64,000 nucleotides of DNA, from the NCBI RefSeq assembly GCF_006345805.1, contig NC_042997.1, forward strand, positions 49,910,001-49,974,000, read 5' to 3'. Made by a program: the position numbers and the translations under genes. The DNA is from Octopus sinensis. Taxonomy: Eukaryota. The notes under the pieces are model-generated. The model did not search any database and was not told the origin of the DNA. It saw nothing but the letters and a program-made list of their open reading frames with translations. Numbering within the stretch: the first letter of the stretch is position 1; each line of letters opens with the position of its first letter. Of this stretch, positions 38,272 to 52,289 are shown one piece after another.

Positions 38272-39810
38272 ATATTAAGGATAACATTATGCTGTGTGAA
38301 CCTGCTTTTTTGTGAAGAGGGCATGGTATGATTTTAGGGGGAATTTCAATGCTTATCCTTATAAATCAAATGACTACATAGTGACTCACCTTACTAACTC
38401 ACTATTTGTTTTTTGTAAATTATTTGGCACTTTTGTTGTGTGCTTTTTGTTTCATAGGTAACCATGTTTATCAACATCCATAGAGCTTACTAATGAGCTT
38501 TCTTATAGAACTGTAGTTCTGCTTAGTTCCAGGAGCTTTTTTTTTACATCAATTTAAAGTGGTTTAAATTAAAACCTTTCCTCAAAATTTCATATTAATT
38601 TATATTCTAAACAGCACCTTAATAATAACAAAATTATTTTACTAAACCCTTTATTATATTCAAAATTAATTGAAACAAAGATAGTGTATTTTAACAGAAA
38701 TATGGTAACAAAAGGGTTAAAGAAATCTCTATATGATTATTCAATTTGCTAACAATAGCAGCTAAATCAATCTGTAATCAAACCTTAACAGGAGCTTTAA
38801 ATTGAGTTAGAGAATATTGTGGAAATTCTGGAAGTGACAAGAAAGGGACTTTCTTTCCAAAACCTAAAATAATTTGTTTCTAGATATTTCTGTTGATACA
38901 AATTATTTGAAAATGTTCATCATCATCATTAACATCTATTTTCCCTACTGGTATAGTATTTCTTATTAACCAAATGTCCACTGATATAAATTAGATCATT
39001 CTTTTCCTTGTAAAATAGATGACAGTGCTGATATTAAAGATGATAACGACAAGTATGTTTAACTGATAGCTATTATGTTCTAGTTAATAATAATTTATTT
39101 GTTTTTATGAGGAAAGCAGTGGCCATGATTCTTTTCAGGTTCTCTGAGACAAGTTCGAGGGATGGAGATGAGCCCAAATACTTATATCAGATTGGATTTC
39201 CCTAAATAAACCAAAGGTATTAGGTGGTGGTGGTGTTAAACTGGGCCATAGGCTAAGCATACCACTCACATAAGCCATGGTGGAATATACACTCAGGTTC
39301 AACCACTTACAGTTCTACTAGTTCATTGCCATATAGAGCTACATTTTTATTAAACTCCAGAATGGATGAGAGGCAAATTTGACTGTGGTAGGATTTGAAC
39401 TTAGAATGTCTTGTGATATTTGTCCCAACTGTCTGGGTTCTATCTGATGCCCTAATAGTGCTGCCAATTCTTCCTTGTGTTACAGTGTTCTATATACCTA
39501 ATAGACAGGCATTTTGTTTCTCTAAGGCAGAGAAAGGACTCCTAGATGCTACTTCTTTGCAACATACAGCTACCAATACTAAGAGATAAATAGTCAACTT
39601 TTGAGACAATATAATTTTGTAAGTCACTCTGACTCTCACATGCTTGCCATCAAGCAATACAAACAGAAATAGAAGAAATGAAGTACACCCTTTTCTTTGT
39701 TTTTTCTCACTTATCTTTGACTAAAGTTCTCTTCACACTCTGTGATACACAAGCCTTAGTAAATTTGTGAGCAACAATAGGCAAGGAGTTGTAGAAATAA
39801 AGTATATTAA

Positions 39811-39976
39811 CCCTTTAGCATTCAGATTACTTCGTCAAATGTAATGCTTATTTATTCACATTGTTTATTTTTAGAATGACATTTATACAGTAAGAGTGAG
39901 AGGCTGGTCTAGCCAGTTTGGATATAAAACAGGTAGAAAATTTGGGCCGGATATAGCCAGTTTAAATTTTAATGGG
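39811..39976. mobile_element. piggyBac-like MITE copy in intron 4
   Basis: TTAA|CCCTTTAGCATTCAGATTAC at the left end; degenerate right end AATGGG-TTTA. Confidence 0.65.
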
Positions 39977-40141
39977 TTTAAAGGAAATGGTTGAAAGGGG
40001 AAATGGTTATAAGTATAGCTGGAGACAAAGCTCTTTTGTATCTTAGAACTCTTGAGATAAGTTTATTTTTTTTTTTTTTGTTTATTACAACATTCATATT
40101 TAATTGTAGGTTGTTATTGCATATCTCTACATTATTCCTGA

Positions 40142-40780
40142 CCTCATCATCATCATTGTTCGACCGTGGTCGAGACAATGGAATTTACCATGTTACGCCA
40201 GACTTCACGGTCCATTGTGGCATTACGGAGGTCCTGTTGCTGGATGCCTGTATCCCTGGAGATTACATCAGGTTAGGAGAGTGTGCGCCCTCTGGTATTG
40301 CGAGTAGATGGCTTCCAGAGGAGAAGAGTAGAAATTACTTCTTTTTCAGCTCTACAACAATGTCCAGCAGACTGGACTCTCCTATCTTTCACAAGAGGTG
40401 ACACAGGTGGTAGTTTCCCATATATTTGCATTTTGGTTGGATGGCGCTTCCACGAGAGATTTTGAGCTCTCATAAGGAGGCGATTGTAGGTTCCATCCAA
40501 CCGCCTCTCAAGCTTCTTTGATAACATCCAGGTTTCTGAGCCATGTAGTAGAATTGGTTCGACTGTGGCTTTGAAGATTTCAAGTTTGAAGTCTCTACTT
40601 AGGTTTGATGACCAGATCTTATGCATGTCATTACAGGCTGACCAGGCCATACCCTTTCTAGTTAGAAAATCTTTTCCGGATGACCCAAGATATTTGTAAT
40701 CAGAAACCATATTTAAGGGCGCATTTTTAAAGGTTAGACCTAGAAGAGGGATTATCAAATACATTCTACCCCTATCCATC
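40142..40780 (-). mobile_element. 5'-truncated RTE-like LINE (RT C-terminus plus 3' end)
   Basis: The ORF 40273-40779 has YKYLGS, ATVEPILLHGSETW and GHC motifs of RTE-clade RT; the minus strand ends in (ATG)n at about 40142-40156. Confidence 0.88.
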
Positions 40781-41348
40781 CCATTTTTGTGACTTTTGCT
40801 TCAGAACAATATATCTAGGGTTACATCATTCAGTATATTTTTCAGATGTTAAAGTTTGAGTTTTCAAGCAGTGGGGTTTAATTGCGAGAAATTTAGCTGC
40901 TATTTTTTTAACAAGTTGAATACAAAAAAAAGCATCCTTGCTGATGCCACATAAAAAATATCTTTGCTGATGCCATGTAAAAAGCACCCATGCCAGTGTC
41001 ACATAAAAAAATGTGCCCATGCTGGTGTCATGTATGAGTCAATCATACAGGAACCACATAAAAAGCACCCAGTACACGCTGTAAAGTGATTGGCATTAAG
41101 AAGGGCACCCAGCCATAGAATCCATGCTAAACTGACAATTGGAGCCTGGTGCAGCTCTCCTGCTGACCAATTCCTGTCAAACCATCCAACCCATGCCAGC
41201 ATGGAAAAACGGATGTTAAATGAGATGATGATGATGATGATTCTTTGCTGGTGTAGTTTATCCTTTTGTTACCATATTTTTAAAATTAATTTTGAAAATA
41301 ATGAAGAATTTAGAATGATAATTTTGTCATTATTAACCTGCTGCTTGG

Positions 41349-41393
41349 AACATAAATTAACATAAATTAACATAAATTAACATAAATTAACAT
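41349..41393. repeat. 10-bp tandem repeat (cataaattaa)x4
   Basis: Seen directly. Confidence 0.92.
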
Positions 41394-41872
41394 GGCATTT
41401 AAAATGGAAGATTTGAATTTAGATCACTTTAAAACAGGAAGTTCACATTATAGACAAAGGAGTAGTCTGCGGTGGCACCAGCACCTATGAGCCCACAAGA
41501 CTAGGGATGATCAGCTGGGAAGGGTTGCAGGGGATGAATCTGTATGCAAGGGCAGCCATGCTTTTACTCAACTTGACATGTCCTTTCATATATCACAAAC
41601 TGCCAGGGTGTTTTGGTCCCTTGTTACCCTCTCTGTGAGTCCCAACATCCGTAGATCCTTTCTCACTATTTTGTCTCATGTCTTCTTGGGTCCACCCCTT
41701 CCATGTGTTCCCTCTGCAATTAGAGATCGGCACCACTTGATACAACTGCCTTTATTTATTCTTTATTCTGGTGATCATCATTCTTTTCCACTCAGTCCCA
41801 CCATGTCAGTTTTTCATAGAAGCTTTGTTGTTTCTCCAGATTGATATTTTTAATTAGTTTACTAAATCCTAA

Positions 41873-42136
41873 GTGAAAGCGCGTGGCCTAGTGGTTAGGG
41901 TGTCAGCATCATGATCATAAGATTGTGGTTTCGATTCCTGGACCGGGCGACGCGTTGTGTTCTTGAGCAAAACTCTTCACTTCACGTTGCTCCAGTTCAC
42001 TCAACTGGCAAAAATGAGTAACGCTGCAATGGACTGGCGTCCCGTCCAGCTGGGGAACACATACGCCATTGAAACCGGGAAACATGGCCCATGAGCCTGG
42101 CCAGGCTTTAAAAGGGCGCATTTATTTTATCTATTA
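41873..42136 (+). mobile_element. SINE family C (tRNA-headed) with 14-bp TSD
   Basis: A box TGGCCTAGTGG and B-box-like GTTTCGATTCC; TSD ttactaaatcctaa at 41859-41872 and 42137-42150; a decayed relative lies at about 46185-46340 (-). Confidence 0.88.
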
Positions 42137-42835
42137 TTACTAAATCCTAAACCACTGTTTCTCAATTACTTTTTATCCATAGATTCCTTTCATTCCTATT
42201 TTACTCAGGTGATATTTTTTTTTTTATTTAATATTAGGAATTGTAAAATATTTTGTGTATTGTTGAAGTATAACCAATTTATTGCAGATGAATTTTAACA
42301 TCAAAATCTTATGTGGACCCTCAATGTTCATATGGACCCCTGTTGAGAACCACTGCTCTAAACTAATTAACCTTAAATGAAAAGAACATTCAAAACTTAT
42401 TTTAGTTTTTTACAAAATATATGGAATTTAGATAATAAAAATCTTTTTTTCTTTGTTTTTCTTTTTAATTTATAATTTTTCTGTTTTCTTTTTTCATATT
42501 TGCATGATTTTCTGGAAAAGATAAAATTCATATTTTGTTTTTGGTTTGCAAGATTCTTCATGTGAGTTCATGTATTGAAGCATATTTTCTTGTCTGGGGA
42601 GAGTCCTTCTCTTTTAGTGCCTTATTATTTAACACACTCACCGGTAAAGTTTCCACTCATTTACTTCTTTATTTTTAAAAAAGTTTTTGTTGCGTTTTGC
42701 AACCTTTCCAATAGTCATTGACTTTGTCTATTATCCGAATGTCGGCATTAAAAGGGAATCACTTCTCCCCAGACACAACAAACTAAAATTTATAATTTTT
42801 ATACAATTTTTTTTTGTTTTGTTTTTGTTTCCTAG

Positions 42836-42930
42836 AATTGTTGTTGTTCTTGATTCCCTTATCAAAGTTTACACTTTCACTCAAAACCCACAGCAGCTAC
42901 ACGTATTTGAAACTTGTTCCAACCCTAAAG
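42836..42930 (+). CDS. WDR45B: WDR45B coding exon 5 (95 nt): [31 protein letters not shown](G)
   Basis: cctag acceptor, gtaagt donor; matches the WIPI3 propeller blade. Confidence 0.96.
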
Positions 42931-43256
42931 GTAAGTGTTAATTGTCTATCTGTTTTTCAGGTCACTTTAAGACATTTCATTTCCCCATTACTCTTAACCA
43001 TCTCCTGTTGGTAACTGTCGCTTCCATAGTCTCATGCTTGTGTATGTTATTTGGCTTGATGCTGTTCCTACCACCAACCACTCTACAGAGTCTACTAGAT
43101 GTATTTTATGTGGCTTTTCCTGATGCTCCAATGATTCTTGTCAAACCACCATTCTTAGTCATTGACCAACATTATTGTCATTGATATTCTTTCCTCAGCA
43201 CCTTACAAGTTTTTCTTGTTAACCTTTTCAATAATTCCTGTATCAAATAATATTAA

Positions 43257-43477
43257 CCCTTTAGCCTTTAAACTGGCCATATCCGGCCAAAAGTATTCTG
43301 CTTGTTTTATGTTCAAACTAGCCAGATCTGGTCTCTCACACCAACCTTACAATATCGTCTTAAAAATTAACAGCTACCTCATCAAAATCTCATAGCACCA
43401 AGATAATGCATGATTAGTTCAAAACAAAGTGGATGAAAAAGCATTAGTTTTGACAGAATAATGTGAACACTAAAGGG
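43257..43477. mobile_element. piggyBac-like MITE (221 bp), best copy of the family
   Basis: TTAA|CCCTTTAGC ... CTAAAGGG|TTAA. Related copies are at about 4487-5100, 13387-13592, 18618-18823, 28145-28925, 39811-39976, 49357-49528 and 53768-53949. Confidence 0.75.
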
Positions 43478-43896
43478 TTAAATTAGCAGTGAGCTTGCAG
43501 AATCTTTAGCATGGCAGGCAAAATGCTTAGTGGTGTCTTTCATCTGTCCTTACACTTTGAGTTCAAATTCTTCTGAGGTCAACTTTGCTTTTCATCTTTT
43601 CAGGGTGGATAAAATTAAGTACCAGTTGAGCACTGGGGTCGATGTATTTGACTTACCCCTTGTCCTGCACTTGATGGCATTGTGCTAAAATTTGAAATCA
43701 ATATTAACTTAACTATTTCCTTTTTATGTGGAATTAAGATTTCTGAATGGTTTATTCTCTAAACAATTTTAGTTTTACTCTGTGAGAAATTATTATGTTG
43801 AAAGTATTTCTATATTCCTTGGATGTTTTTCCTTCGTAATTGAAATTAGTTTCTGTGATATTCTGAGTTTTCAACTAATTTTTTTAATATTTGTAG

Positions 43897-44087
43897 GACT
43901 GTGTGTCATGTGTCCGAACAGTAACAACTCTTTGTTAGCATTTCCTGGCCGTAAGACTGGACATGTCCAGTTGGTGGACCTTGCTAATACTGAGAAAACA
44001 CCATTAGATATTCCAGCACATGAAGCAGCTCTCAGTTGCATTGCATTAAATTTACAAGGCACCCGCCTAGGAACAGCATCAGAGAAA
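43897..44087 (+). CDS. WDR45B: WDR45B coding exon 6 (191 nt): [63 protein letters not shown]
   Basis: ttgtag acceptor, gtaagt donor; AHE and TASEK PROPPIN motifs. Confidence 0.97.
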
Positions 44088-44809
44088 GTAAGTCAGAAGT
44101 ATATTGTTAAGTTACAAATTATTAAACTGATTTTGTAAAGATTGATTTGTAATTTTTTTTTTTTAAGAATTCAAAAAATAAATTTAATTTCCCTATATTT
44201 TCCATTTTATTTGTGCATGTCACAAGGTAAAAGAAAACTGTGAGCAAATTGAACTGTAGTGTGGTTTTGTTTCTCAGTTCAAAATCAATATCTCATCATT
44301 TTAGGTACTTAATGATATTGTGAAAGGCATAAAAATCACAGCTTTGTATTTGCTTGTTTAGATATAAAACTGAAGTATCTTGTCCCTGTGACCACTCAGT
44401 ATATTCAGATATTGTTAATTAGCATTTAGTTGCTCGTTTTGCATATGTGTTTCTGTCAGTTGTGCAGTTGGTAGTAAGAATACTAATGCTGTAGTTTTTG
44501 TAGCGTATTGATTGATTGAAATAGCAATGACATGATTTTAAATTATAAGCATCAATTAGACTAGTGGCTCAGCCATTTTGACTTCATAGCACACAAGAGT
44601 TCACATAACAGTGGTGCTATGCTGAAAGTTAAATCAAATTGTTTTAAAGTAAAAATACAGACAAAAAAAAAAGGGGGAAACTATTTCTTACCTTGTTTTA
44701 GCACGGAAAACGGACGTTAAACGATGATGATGATGAATGAAATGAGTAACAAATTTCATGGAAGACCTGCATTAAATGATGATATTGATGATTATTTTAA
44801 ATACATTAT

Positions 44810-45121
44810 TCGGTGGCACATGAAAAAACATTCGCGCGATGTCGTTGCCAGTGCCACTGGACTGGCTCCTGTGCAGGTGGCACGTAAAAAGCACCATTTG
44901 AACGTGGCCATTGCCAGCACCACCTGACTGGCCCTCGTTCCGGTGGCACCTAAAAGCACCCGCTACACTCTCGGAGTGGTTGGTGTTAGGAAGGGCATCC
45001 AGCAGTAGAAACTCTGCCAGATCAGATTGGAGCCTGGTGCAGCCATCTGGTTCGCCAGTCCTCAGTCAAATCGTCCAACCCATGCCAGTATGGAAAGCGG
45101 ATGTCAAACAATGATGATGAC
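44810..45121 (+). mobile_element. (GAT)n-tailed retroelement, 5'-truncated
   Basis: About 3 units plus the 3' module; a 35-bp tail-only copy lies at about 44700-44735. Confidence 0.82.
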
Positions 45122-47691
45122 TATGGATTTTCTAATGCTTTAAATTATCACCATCATCCTTATTTAATTACATTTTTTTGCTAATGCAAAGCACACCCAG
45201 ATACCCCTAAGAACCATTAATTTTTCCATTGATGGGAGTGGAGTAACATATATTGCTTGCTGGGCAACTACACTTTTGATTACACTCCTGGGCATTTGCC
45301 ATGCTACCTTCTCTAAATAAATACTTCCATCTGCAGTGTTATTGGTAAGACAGTCACCTTGACTGGAGTCACTTCATTTCCTCTCTACTCTTTCTCCAAT
45401 TGATGCGCTTAGAAGATGTTTACTTCTCAGGTTTGTGGTTTTAGGTTCAGTCCCACTGCGTAACACCTCAGGCATGTCCTCTTCTTTAACCCTGAGCTGG
45501 CCGAAGCCCTGCGAATGGATTTTGTTAGATGGAAACTAAAAGAAACTTGTCATGAGTATGCGTGCATCTTCTTGCCTTGACATTGATGGTTTTGAAGAGC
45601 ATCATTGCGAAATAAGCAGTCTTCCATGAAAATGTATCTGGCCATGGGGAAATATTACCCTACTTGGAAACGGGTGAGGGCTGGTAATGGGAAAGGCATT
45701 TGGCCTTAGAAAATCTGCCTCAACAAATTCTGTCTGACCCATACAAGCAGAGAATAGGGTGATTCTACTAAAATTTCAGTTCTGCAGTTCACTTGGCTAT
45801 TATCAGTTATATCACTGTGATTGGTGGGTGCTAGGGTTTTATTAGCTTGTAGTGATAAACTACTATGTGCCCTGAAAAGTAAAAAGATACCAACTATAGG
45901 ATTATAAACAAGTCCTATGTGATGATTGTAAGTTTCCAGCAGGTCAGCTAAGGTTTCAGTTTCCTATTTTACCTACATAACATCATTGCTATTAATACCT
46001 ATAGAATGAAAACCCACTTCGGTCATGAATGACCATGGGATTGCACCAAGAAAGATACCCTCCGAAGTACAAGTCCGGGCAAGGTTGTTTATGGAAGACC
46101 AGCTGTCACCCATGCATACCAGCCTCCCCTCTTCATACCACCCATGTTGTGTGAGGGAAAGGGAAAAGCTGACACTGCTTGGCACCAATGATGTTGCAAC
46201 TCATTTCTGTAGCTGAGTGAACTTGAGCAGCATGAAATAAAGTATCTTGCTCAAAAGTACAACCAACAGCCTGGTACGGGAATCGAACTCACTACCTCGT
46301 GATTGTGAGCCTGATGCTCTAACCATTGAGTCATGTGCCATCACCTATAGAATAGGAATAACCAAGTAGTTATATGACTCCGCCTCACTTCTGTATTCTC
46401 ACATGTGTGATGACATGAGTCAATTTAAGATCCAGTGACCTAAGAAGGCATGCAAAAGCACTACAGGCTCAGTCCCTTTCTCCAGACCAAATCAAAGCAA
46501 TTCGTAAAATAATCTAATAGTTTTAATATTTCAATAATGTAATTTAAAAAACAAAAATGTTTATATAGTTATGTAAATAAATAGCCTGGATGGGAAAGAG
46601 TACACTCTTTCTTTAGTGTCTAATTAAGCATTTCCAAAGCTTGTGCTATCCTCGGAAGTGTCCGAGTTAAAAAATGAGGAATCACTTCCCATTCTATGTT
46701 CCATCCCAAAACAATGAATAGTTTTGTAATGACGTAATGAATCATATCATTACTAAAGGAGTGTGTAATATTTCCTAATTTAGACTTTAAAGACCTCTAT
46801 TTTTCCTTCATAGAACGTGTTAATTAAGCATATCTCTTTAAGAGCTCTTAAAACTTAGAAACAGCCTAAAACAAACAGAGGAAATGCTTTGCATACAGTC
46901 GACATGGATCTAGAGTAGTGTCCCTTGTGAGAAAATAGATTAGTTCATCATTGAGTAAAGCTGGTGGCATAAGGACTTCTTGGAGTCCCAGATTTAGTGC
47001 TTGGACACATCTTTTGGACATACACACACAGGTGTGTATGTGTTTGTGATTTAACATCCATCTGTATAATCGTCATCATTTTAATGTGGACTTTTCCATT
47101 CTTGCACGGGATGGACAGAGTTTATTGAGGCAGATTTACTGTGGCTGGATGCCCTTCCTGTCCCCAACCTTCACCTATTTCCAAGCAAAGTAATACTACC
47201 TAATGGCCAGACCTGTTCTCAAAGAATATTGAAAATGAATGACACTGCTTGTATGACAGTGGCACTCATCTACAATTATCAAGTGATGTCAAGACAAGAA
47301 CACACAAACATTCAGACACACACACACACACACACACACACGAATAAAGAGCATTGTAGTTCACTTGAAGCATTGCAGTACAGAAATAGAATAATAAATG
47401 AAATGGAAATGAGGGAGCTTCTAACAATAGAGATGAAAGCTGAAAAACTTTTATATATTTTGGGTGCAGTGGCCCATCTTCAGAAGAGTACAGTCAAAGA
47501 AATGTGTGCCAATGTAGATCCTGCCATTTGAGTGCCTGCCCATCTGGCTATCCAAAAGGCAGGATCTATGTAGACATCCTTTCCTTTGACTGTACTTTTC
47601 TGAGGATCGGCTTTTGTGCCTGAAATATAGAAAGGCTTTTCAACTTTAAATTCTGCATTGTTAGAAGATTTTGTCATTTCCTGTTTCTCTT

Positions 47692-47724
<33 letters not shown>

Positions 47725-48567
47725 ACTGATAGTTTGTGTGTGTATGTTCCAATGTGTATGCCTCAGTCAGTATTTCTTGGGTAAAGCTACTAGGCTACTG
47801 ACAATATGGTTATGTCTGTTATAAACTAACTGGCAGTGCTCATAAATCTGATTTGTTTTAGTTTGCCTGCAAAGCAAGTCATTCCACTCATGTATTTCTA
47901 TAATGATAAGTGTGAAATTCTGTCTGCCTGTCCATCTGGGACCCCTGTCTCTCAGTCTATATTTATTCTACATAGACATAGTATACCTTTTTGGAATCAG
48001 GATGATCCCAGGATTGACAATCTGTCCTTCATTTGGTTCTTAAACATGCATCATTGGGATCAGGTTTGGATGAGGATTTGTTAAATGCTAACAGTTGAGA
48101 ATTCAAATTTTAAAAGAACTCTAAACCTTTGCGAACTTACAAGCTTTTCATTTAAACTGAATTTAGAGTAATACCATATTGGTAGGGTACCAATAAATGC
48201 TTTGTTATTGTTGCACTCTTTAGTTTTGGGCCATAGAGCTAATTAGCCCCTAGTGCAGCTTTTAAGCTAGTATTTATATATTTTTATTGATATTTGAATG
48301 ATTGATTAAAAAAAAAAAAGAGAGAGAGAGAAAATATGCAACATATGCTATTTCACTATGCAGTTGACTGAAAGCAACATAGTGTACCTAGGTGAAGCAT
48401 GCGACTTAACACCTGATGAAATGGAGACTGAAATGAAGACCTTCTAGGCCCGAAATCACATTAATATCTCTGCATTCTTATTAAATTTCTTATTAATTTT
48501 TATATTGTTTTCTTTTTCTTGTTTTGAATCTATTTCTTATCCAGCTGCCCCTACTTCTTTATTGTAG

Positions 48568-48653
48568 GGAACGTTAATTCGAGTATTTGATACGTCAGAC
48601 TGTACACTGTTGCATGAACTGCGACGTGGAGCCAACAGTGCACATATATACTG
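48568..48653 (+). CDS. WDR45B: WDR45B coding exon 7 (86 nt): GTLIRVFDTSDCTLLHELRRGANSAHIY(C)
   Basis: ttgtag acceptor, gttagt donor; GTLIR and LRRG phosphoinositide-binding motif. Confidence 0.96.
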
Positions 48654-48786
48654 GTTAGTGTCATCTCACAAACTTTTATTCTTTTATTTATGTCTTAACA
48701 TCTGATTTGTTTTTTTTTTTGAGATGTTGCACAGTTATTCAAATTTGTGTGTTTGCAAAAATAGGAATACCATTTATTTTTCAAGT

Positions 48787-49238
48787 TGATGTGGCCGATG
48801 CCAATGCCGCCTTGACTGGCTTCTGTGGTGGCACGTGACCTGCTGTGCTTGAGGAGACCTATTGAGTCAAGTACATCAACATCAAAATAAATATCAAATG
48901 GAAATTGTAGTTGTGATACCTATGCCGGTGGCACGTAAAAAGCACCATCCGAACGTGGCCGATCTCAGCGCCGCCTTAACCGGCTTCTGTGCCAGTGGCA
49001 CGTAAAAAGCACCAATCGATCGTGGCCACTGCCAGCCTCCCCTGGCACCTGTGCCAGTGGCATGTAAAAAGCACCCACTACACTCACAGAGTGGTTGGTG
49101 TTAGGAAGGGCATCCAGCTGTAGAAACACTGCCAGATCAGACTGGAGCCTGGTGCAGCCTCCTGGCTTCCCAGACCCTGGTCGAACCGTCCAACCCGTGC
49201 TAGCACAGAAAATGAACGTTAAACGATGATGATGATGG
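48787..49238 (+). mobile_element. (GAT)n-tailed retroelement in intron 7
   Basis: Repeat units on both sides of an AAATC-like leader; 3' module. Confidence 0.82.
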
Positions 49239-49356
49239 TGAGAAGCTAGTAAAATGACTTATTTTAGAGCTACACAACAATACTTTAATTGGTAATGTAA
49301 TTTTTTCTAGAGATGCAAAGTAGAGTAAAACGTAGTCTATTTGCCAATGGGTTTAA

Positions 49357-49528
49357 CCCTTAGCATTCAGATTACTTTGTCAAATCAAGGCTTATTCATT
49401 CACATTAATTTGAATTAATCATGTATTATCTTGTAGCCGTGAGATTTCAATGATGTTGTGAGATAGTTTGAACATAAAACTGGTAGAACATTTTGGGCTT
49501 GATATGACCTGTTTGAATGCTTAGAGGG
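49357..49528. mobile_element. piggyBac-like MITE copy in intron 7
   Basis: TTAA|CCCTTAGCATTCAGATTAC ... GCTTAGAGGG|TTAA. Confidence 0.7.
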
Positions 49529-49714
49529 TTAATACATAAAACTTTCAAACTCATAGAGAAATTAATGATGATTAAAATAAACTGTAGAGATATGCTAACT
49601 CAAACCCTGTAAATCTATAGAAACTTCAAAACCTGGTATGTAGTCCGTGAAGATGAGCAGAGTGATATTTTTATCATAGAATATTATCTTACGTATTTTA
49701 AATTTTTATTTCAG

Positions 49715-49816
49715 TTTAAACTTTAATCAGGATTCAACATTATTATGTGTTTCAAGTGACCACGGTACTGTACACATCTTTTCATGTGAAGATCCAAAGA
49801 AGAACAAGCAATCAAG
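49715..49816 (+). CDS. WDR45B: WDR45B coding exon 8 (102 nt): [33 protein letters not shown](S)
   Basis: tttcag acceptor, gtattt donor; [10 protein letters not shown] motif. Confidence 0.96.
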
Positions 49817-50854
49817 GTATTTTAATTAACAGCCACATAGTTATGTTTATGCAATTATCCCTTGTGCATTATTGTTATTTCCACTTGTAAAAAAAAAAAA
49901 GACATTGTTCTAACAAAAATCACTTAAATCACGCATGTCCAGTTTAACATTATAACTGACCCCTAAGTGTCGTTAGTAGAGTCAAATCTCAGCTGTTCTG
50001 TATAATTTTTCCCTTTTCCTCCAGTCACAGTAGCACTGTCGAAAATGGTCTTTTTCACACTAACCAGTTTTTTGGGCAAAGTAAGAGAAAAAATAAATCT
50101 TGTAAAAGGTTACACTTAGTTGAAACTTCTTGGAAAATTTACTTCCCAACCTCATAGTTCCAAGTTCAGTCCTACTGCATGGCACTTTTGGAAAGCATCT
50201 TCTGCTACAGCCCAAGGCTGATCAAAGCCCTGTGAGTGGATTTGGTAGACATACTGAAAGAAGCCTATTGTGTAAATATGTGTGTGTATGTGTCTGTGTT
50301 CATCCTCCACCACTGCTTGATAACCAGTGTTTGTGTGTTTACATCCTCATAACTTAGCAATTTGGCCAGAGACTGATAGAATAGATACCAGGCTTAAAAA
50401 AATAAGTACGGAGATCAATTTGTTTGACTAAAATTGAGGCAGTACCGCAGCTTGACCATAGTCTAACAACTGAAACAAGTAACATGTAAAAGGTTTCATG
50501 TACAAATTTTTTGTTTGGCAGATAAAACAGTTTCAGTTTCTGATAGATTTTTGTAATGTGCGATACTTCTTTATTTGAAAAAGTACATTCACACACACAT
50601 GCATGCTTGCACGCACACCTGTGGTGTATGGTGGTGGTGATCATTGGGTGTGCTGCTACACTGATCACACTACGATTAATGTTAGTATTATTCAGAATTC
50701 GACCTGACTTAAGTTTTGTTTCTGACTTCTAAAAGTGTATTGTTAGTTTTGAAAACAAATTAAGATCAAAGTTATATCAAGATATTGTAAGAAAAAAAAA
50801 ATTATTGTAAAGAAAAAATAGATTTAGTTTAGGAATTTTAAATTAGTTTGAACA

Positions 50855-51273
50855 TAGGCGCAGGAGTGGCTGTGTGGTAAGTAGCTTGCTAACCAACTAC
50901 ATGGTTCCGAGTTCAGTCCCACTGCGTGGCATCTTGGGCAAGTGTCTTCTGCTATAGCCCCGGGCCGACCAATGCCTTGTGAGTGGATTTGGTAGACGGA
51001 AACTGAAAGAAGCCCGTCGTATATATGTATATATATATATGTGTGTGTGTATATGTTTGTGTATCTGTGTTTGTCCCCCTAGCATTGCTTGACAACTGAT
51101 GCTGGTGTGTTTACGTCCCCGTCACTTAGCGGTTCGGCAAAATAGACCGATAGAATAAGTACTGGGCTTACAAAGAATAAGTCCCGGGGTCAATTTGCTC
51201 GACTAAAGACGGTGCTCCAGTATGGCTGCAGTCAAATGACTGAAACAAGTAAAAGAGTAAGAGTAAGAGTAAA
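50855..51273 (+). mobile_element. SINE family A, full length
   Basis: Consensus-like copy with (GAGTAA)n tail. Confidence 0.92.
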
Positions 51274-51555
51274 TAACTTCACCACAAAAAGGAACATGTG
51301 ACCCTGCTGTCAAAGCAGTCGCACACCCTTAGCCATTGTTTGCCGTTCTCCCATTGTCCTGTGATACACCTGGTACCACCAAATTTCAAGCAAGAGTATA
51401 ACAAAAGTTTTCCATTATGATTTGTGATTGAATTAATGAATACGGTTAATATTCATAATGAATTTGCCATTTTCAATGGGTGTGCAGTGCACACCCAAAA
51501 TATACACCCCTGATATATACACACACATACATCTTGTATCCATTTGAGCATTATA

Positions 51556-52090
51556 CAGGGTGTCCTAAAAGTCACTGACAGGTTTCAATTTTTAATAACT
51601 TCCTTAACTTTACAAATAAATGCATGAAATTTTGATACAATATAAAGGACATAATGGAAATTAATATGCACAATTCAAATTGTGCAACACCACTACATCA
51701 CATATGAAAAATGACCTCACTTAAATAGCAACAATTTTTGGCTTCACATGCCTGTGCTCTTTCCAAAACTTGCACTATAACACTCTCAAGAGTTTCAGAC
51801 CCCACTTCCCTAATTTCTCTATTGATGTTCTCCTTCAGTTGCATCAGGGTCTCCAGCTTGTTGATGCAAACTCTCTCTTTTAGGTATCCCCACAAGAAAA
51901 ATTTCAAGCTAGTGAAGGCCAGTTGACATTGCTGTAGTGAGAGATTATTCTCTCCAAAGCATTGCCATAGCAACTGCATTGTTTCTCTTTCAGTATGAGC
52001 AGTTACCCCATCAAAATTTCATGCATTTATTTGTAAAGTTAAGAAAGTTATTAAAAATTGACACCCATCTGTGACTTTTGGGACACCCTA
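51556..52090 (-). mobile_element. non-autonomous Tc1/mariner-superfamily deletion derivative (535 bp) in intron 8
   Basis: TA-CAGGGTGTCC...GGACACCCTA-TA with about 85-bp TIRs. The internal remnant FFLWGYLKERV...LMQLKENI resembles a Tc1-like transposase C-terminus. Confidence 0.88.
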
Positions 52091-52164
52091 TAGTAACATT
52101 CCGTTTCTCAAAGTTTGTTTGTTTTTGTTCACAAAGTTGTTTTGCTTTCTTTATTTCTTTCCAG

Positions 52165-52289
52165 TTTAGCGTCAGCGAGTTTCTTGCCAAAATATTTTAG
52201 TTCAAAATGGAGTTTTTCTAAATTCCAAGTCCCTGGAGGTGCCACACATTGCATTTGTGCCTTTGGCTCTGACAATAATTCTGTGATAG
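52165..52289 (+). CDS. WDR45B: WDR45B coding exon 9 (125 nt): [41 protein letters not shown]
   Basis: ttccag acceptor, gtaagc donor; [11 protein letters not shown] motif. Confidence 0.96.

Noticed and set aside
41878-41950. tRNA-like sequence with A and B boxes
   Set aside because: It continues into a SINE body enclosed by a TSD and lacks a full cloverleaf acceptor stem; it is a SINE head, not a tRNA gene.
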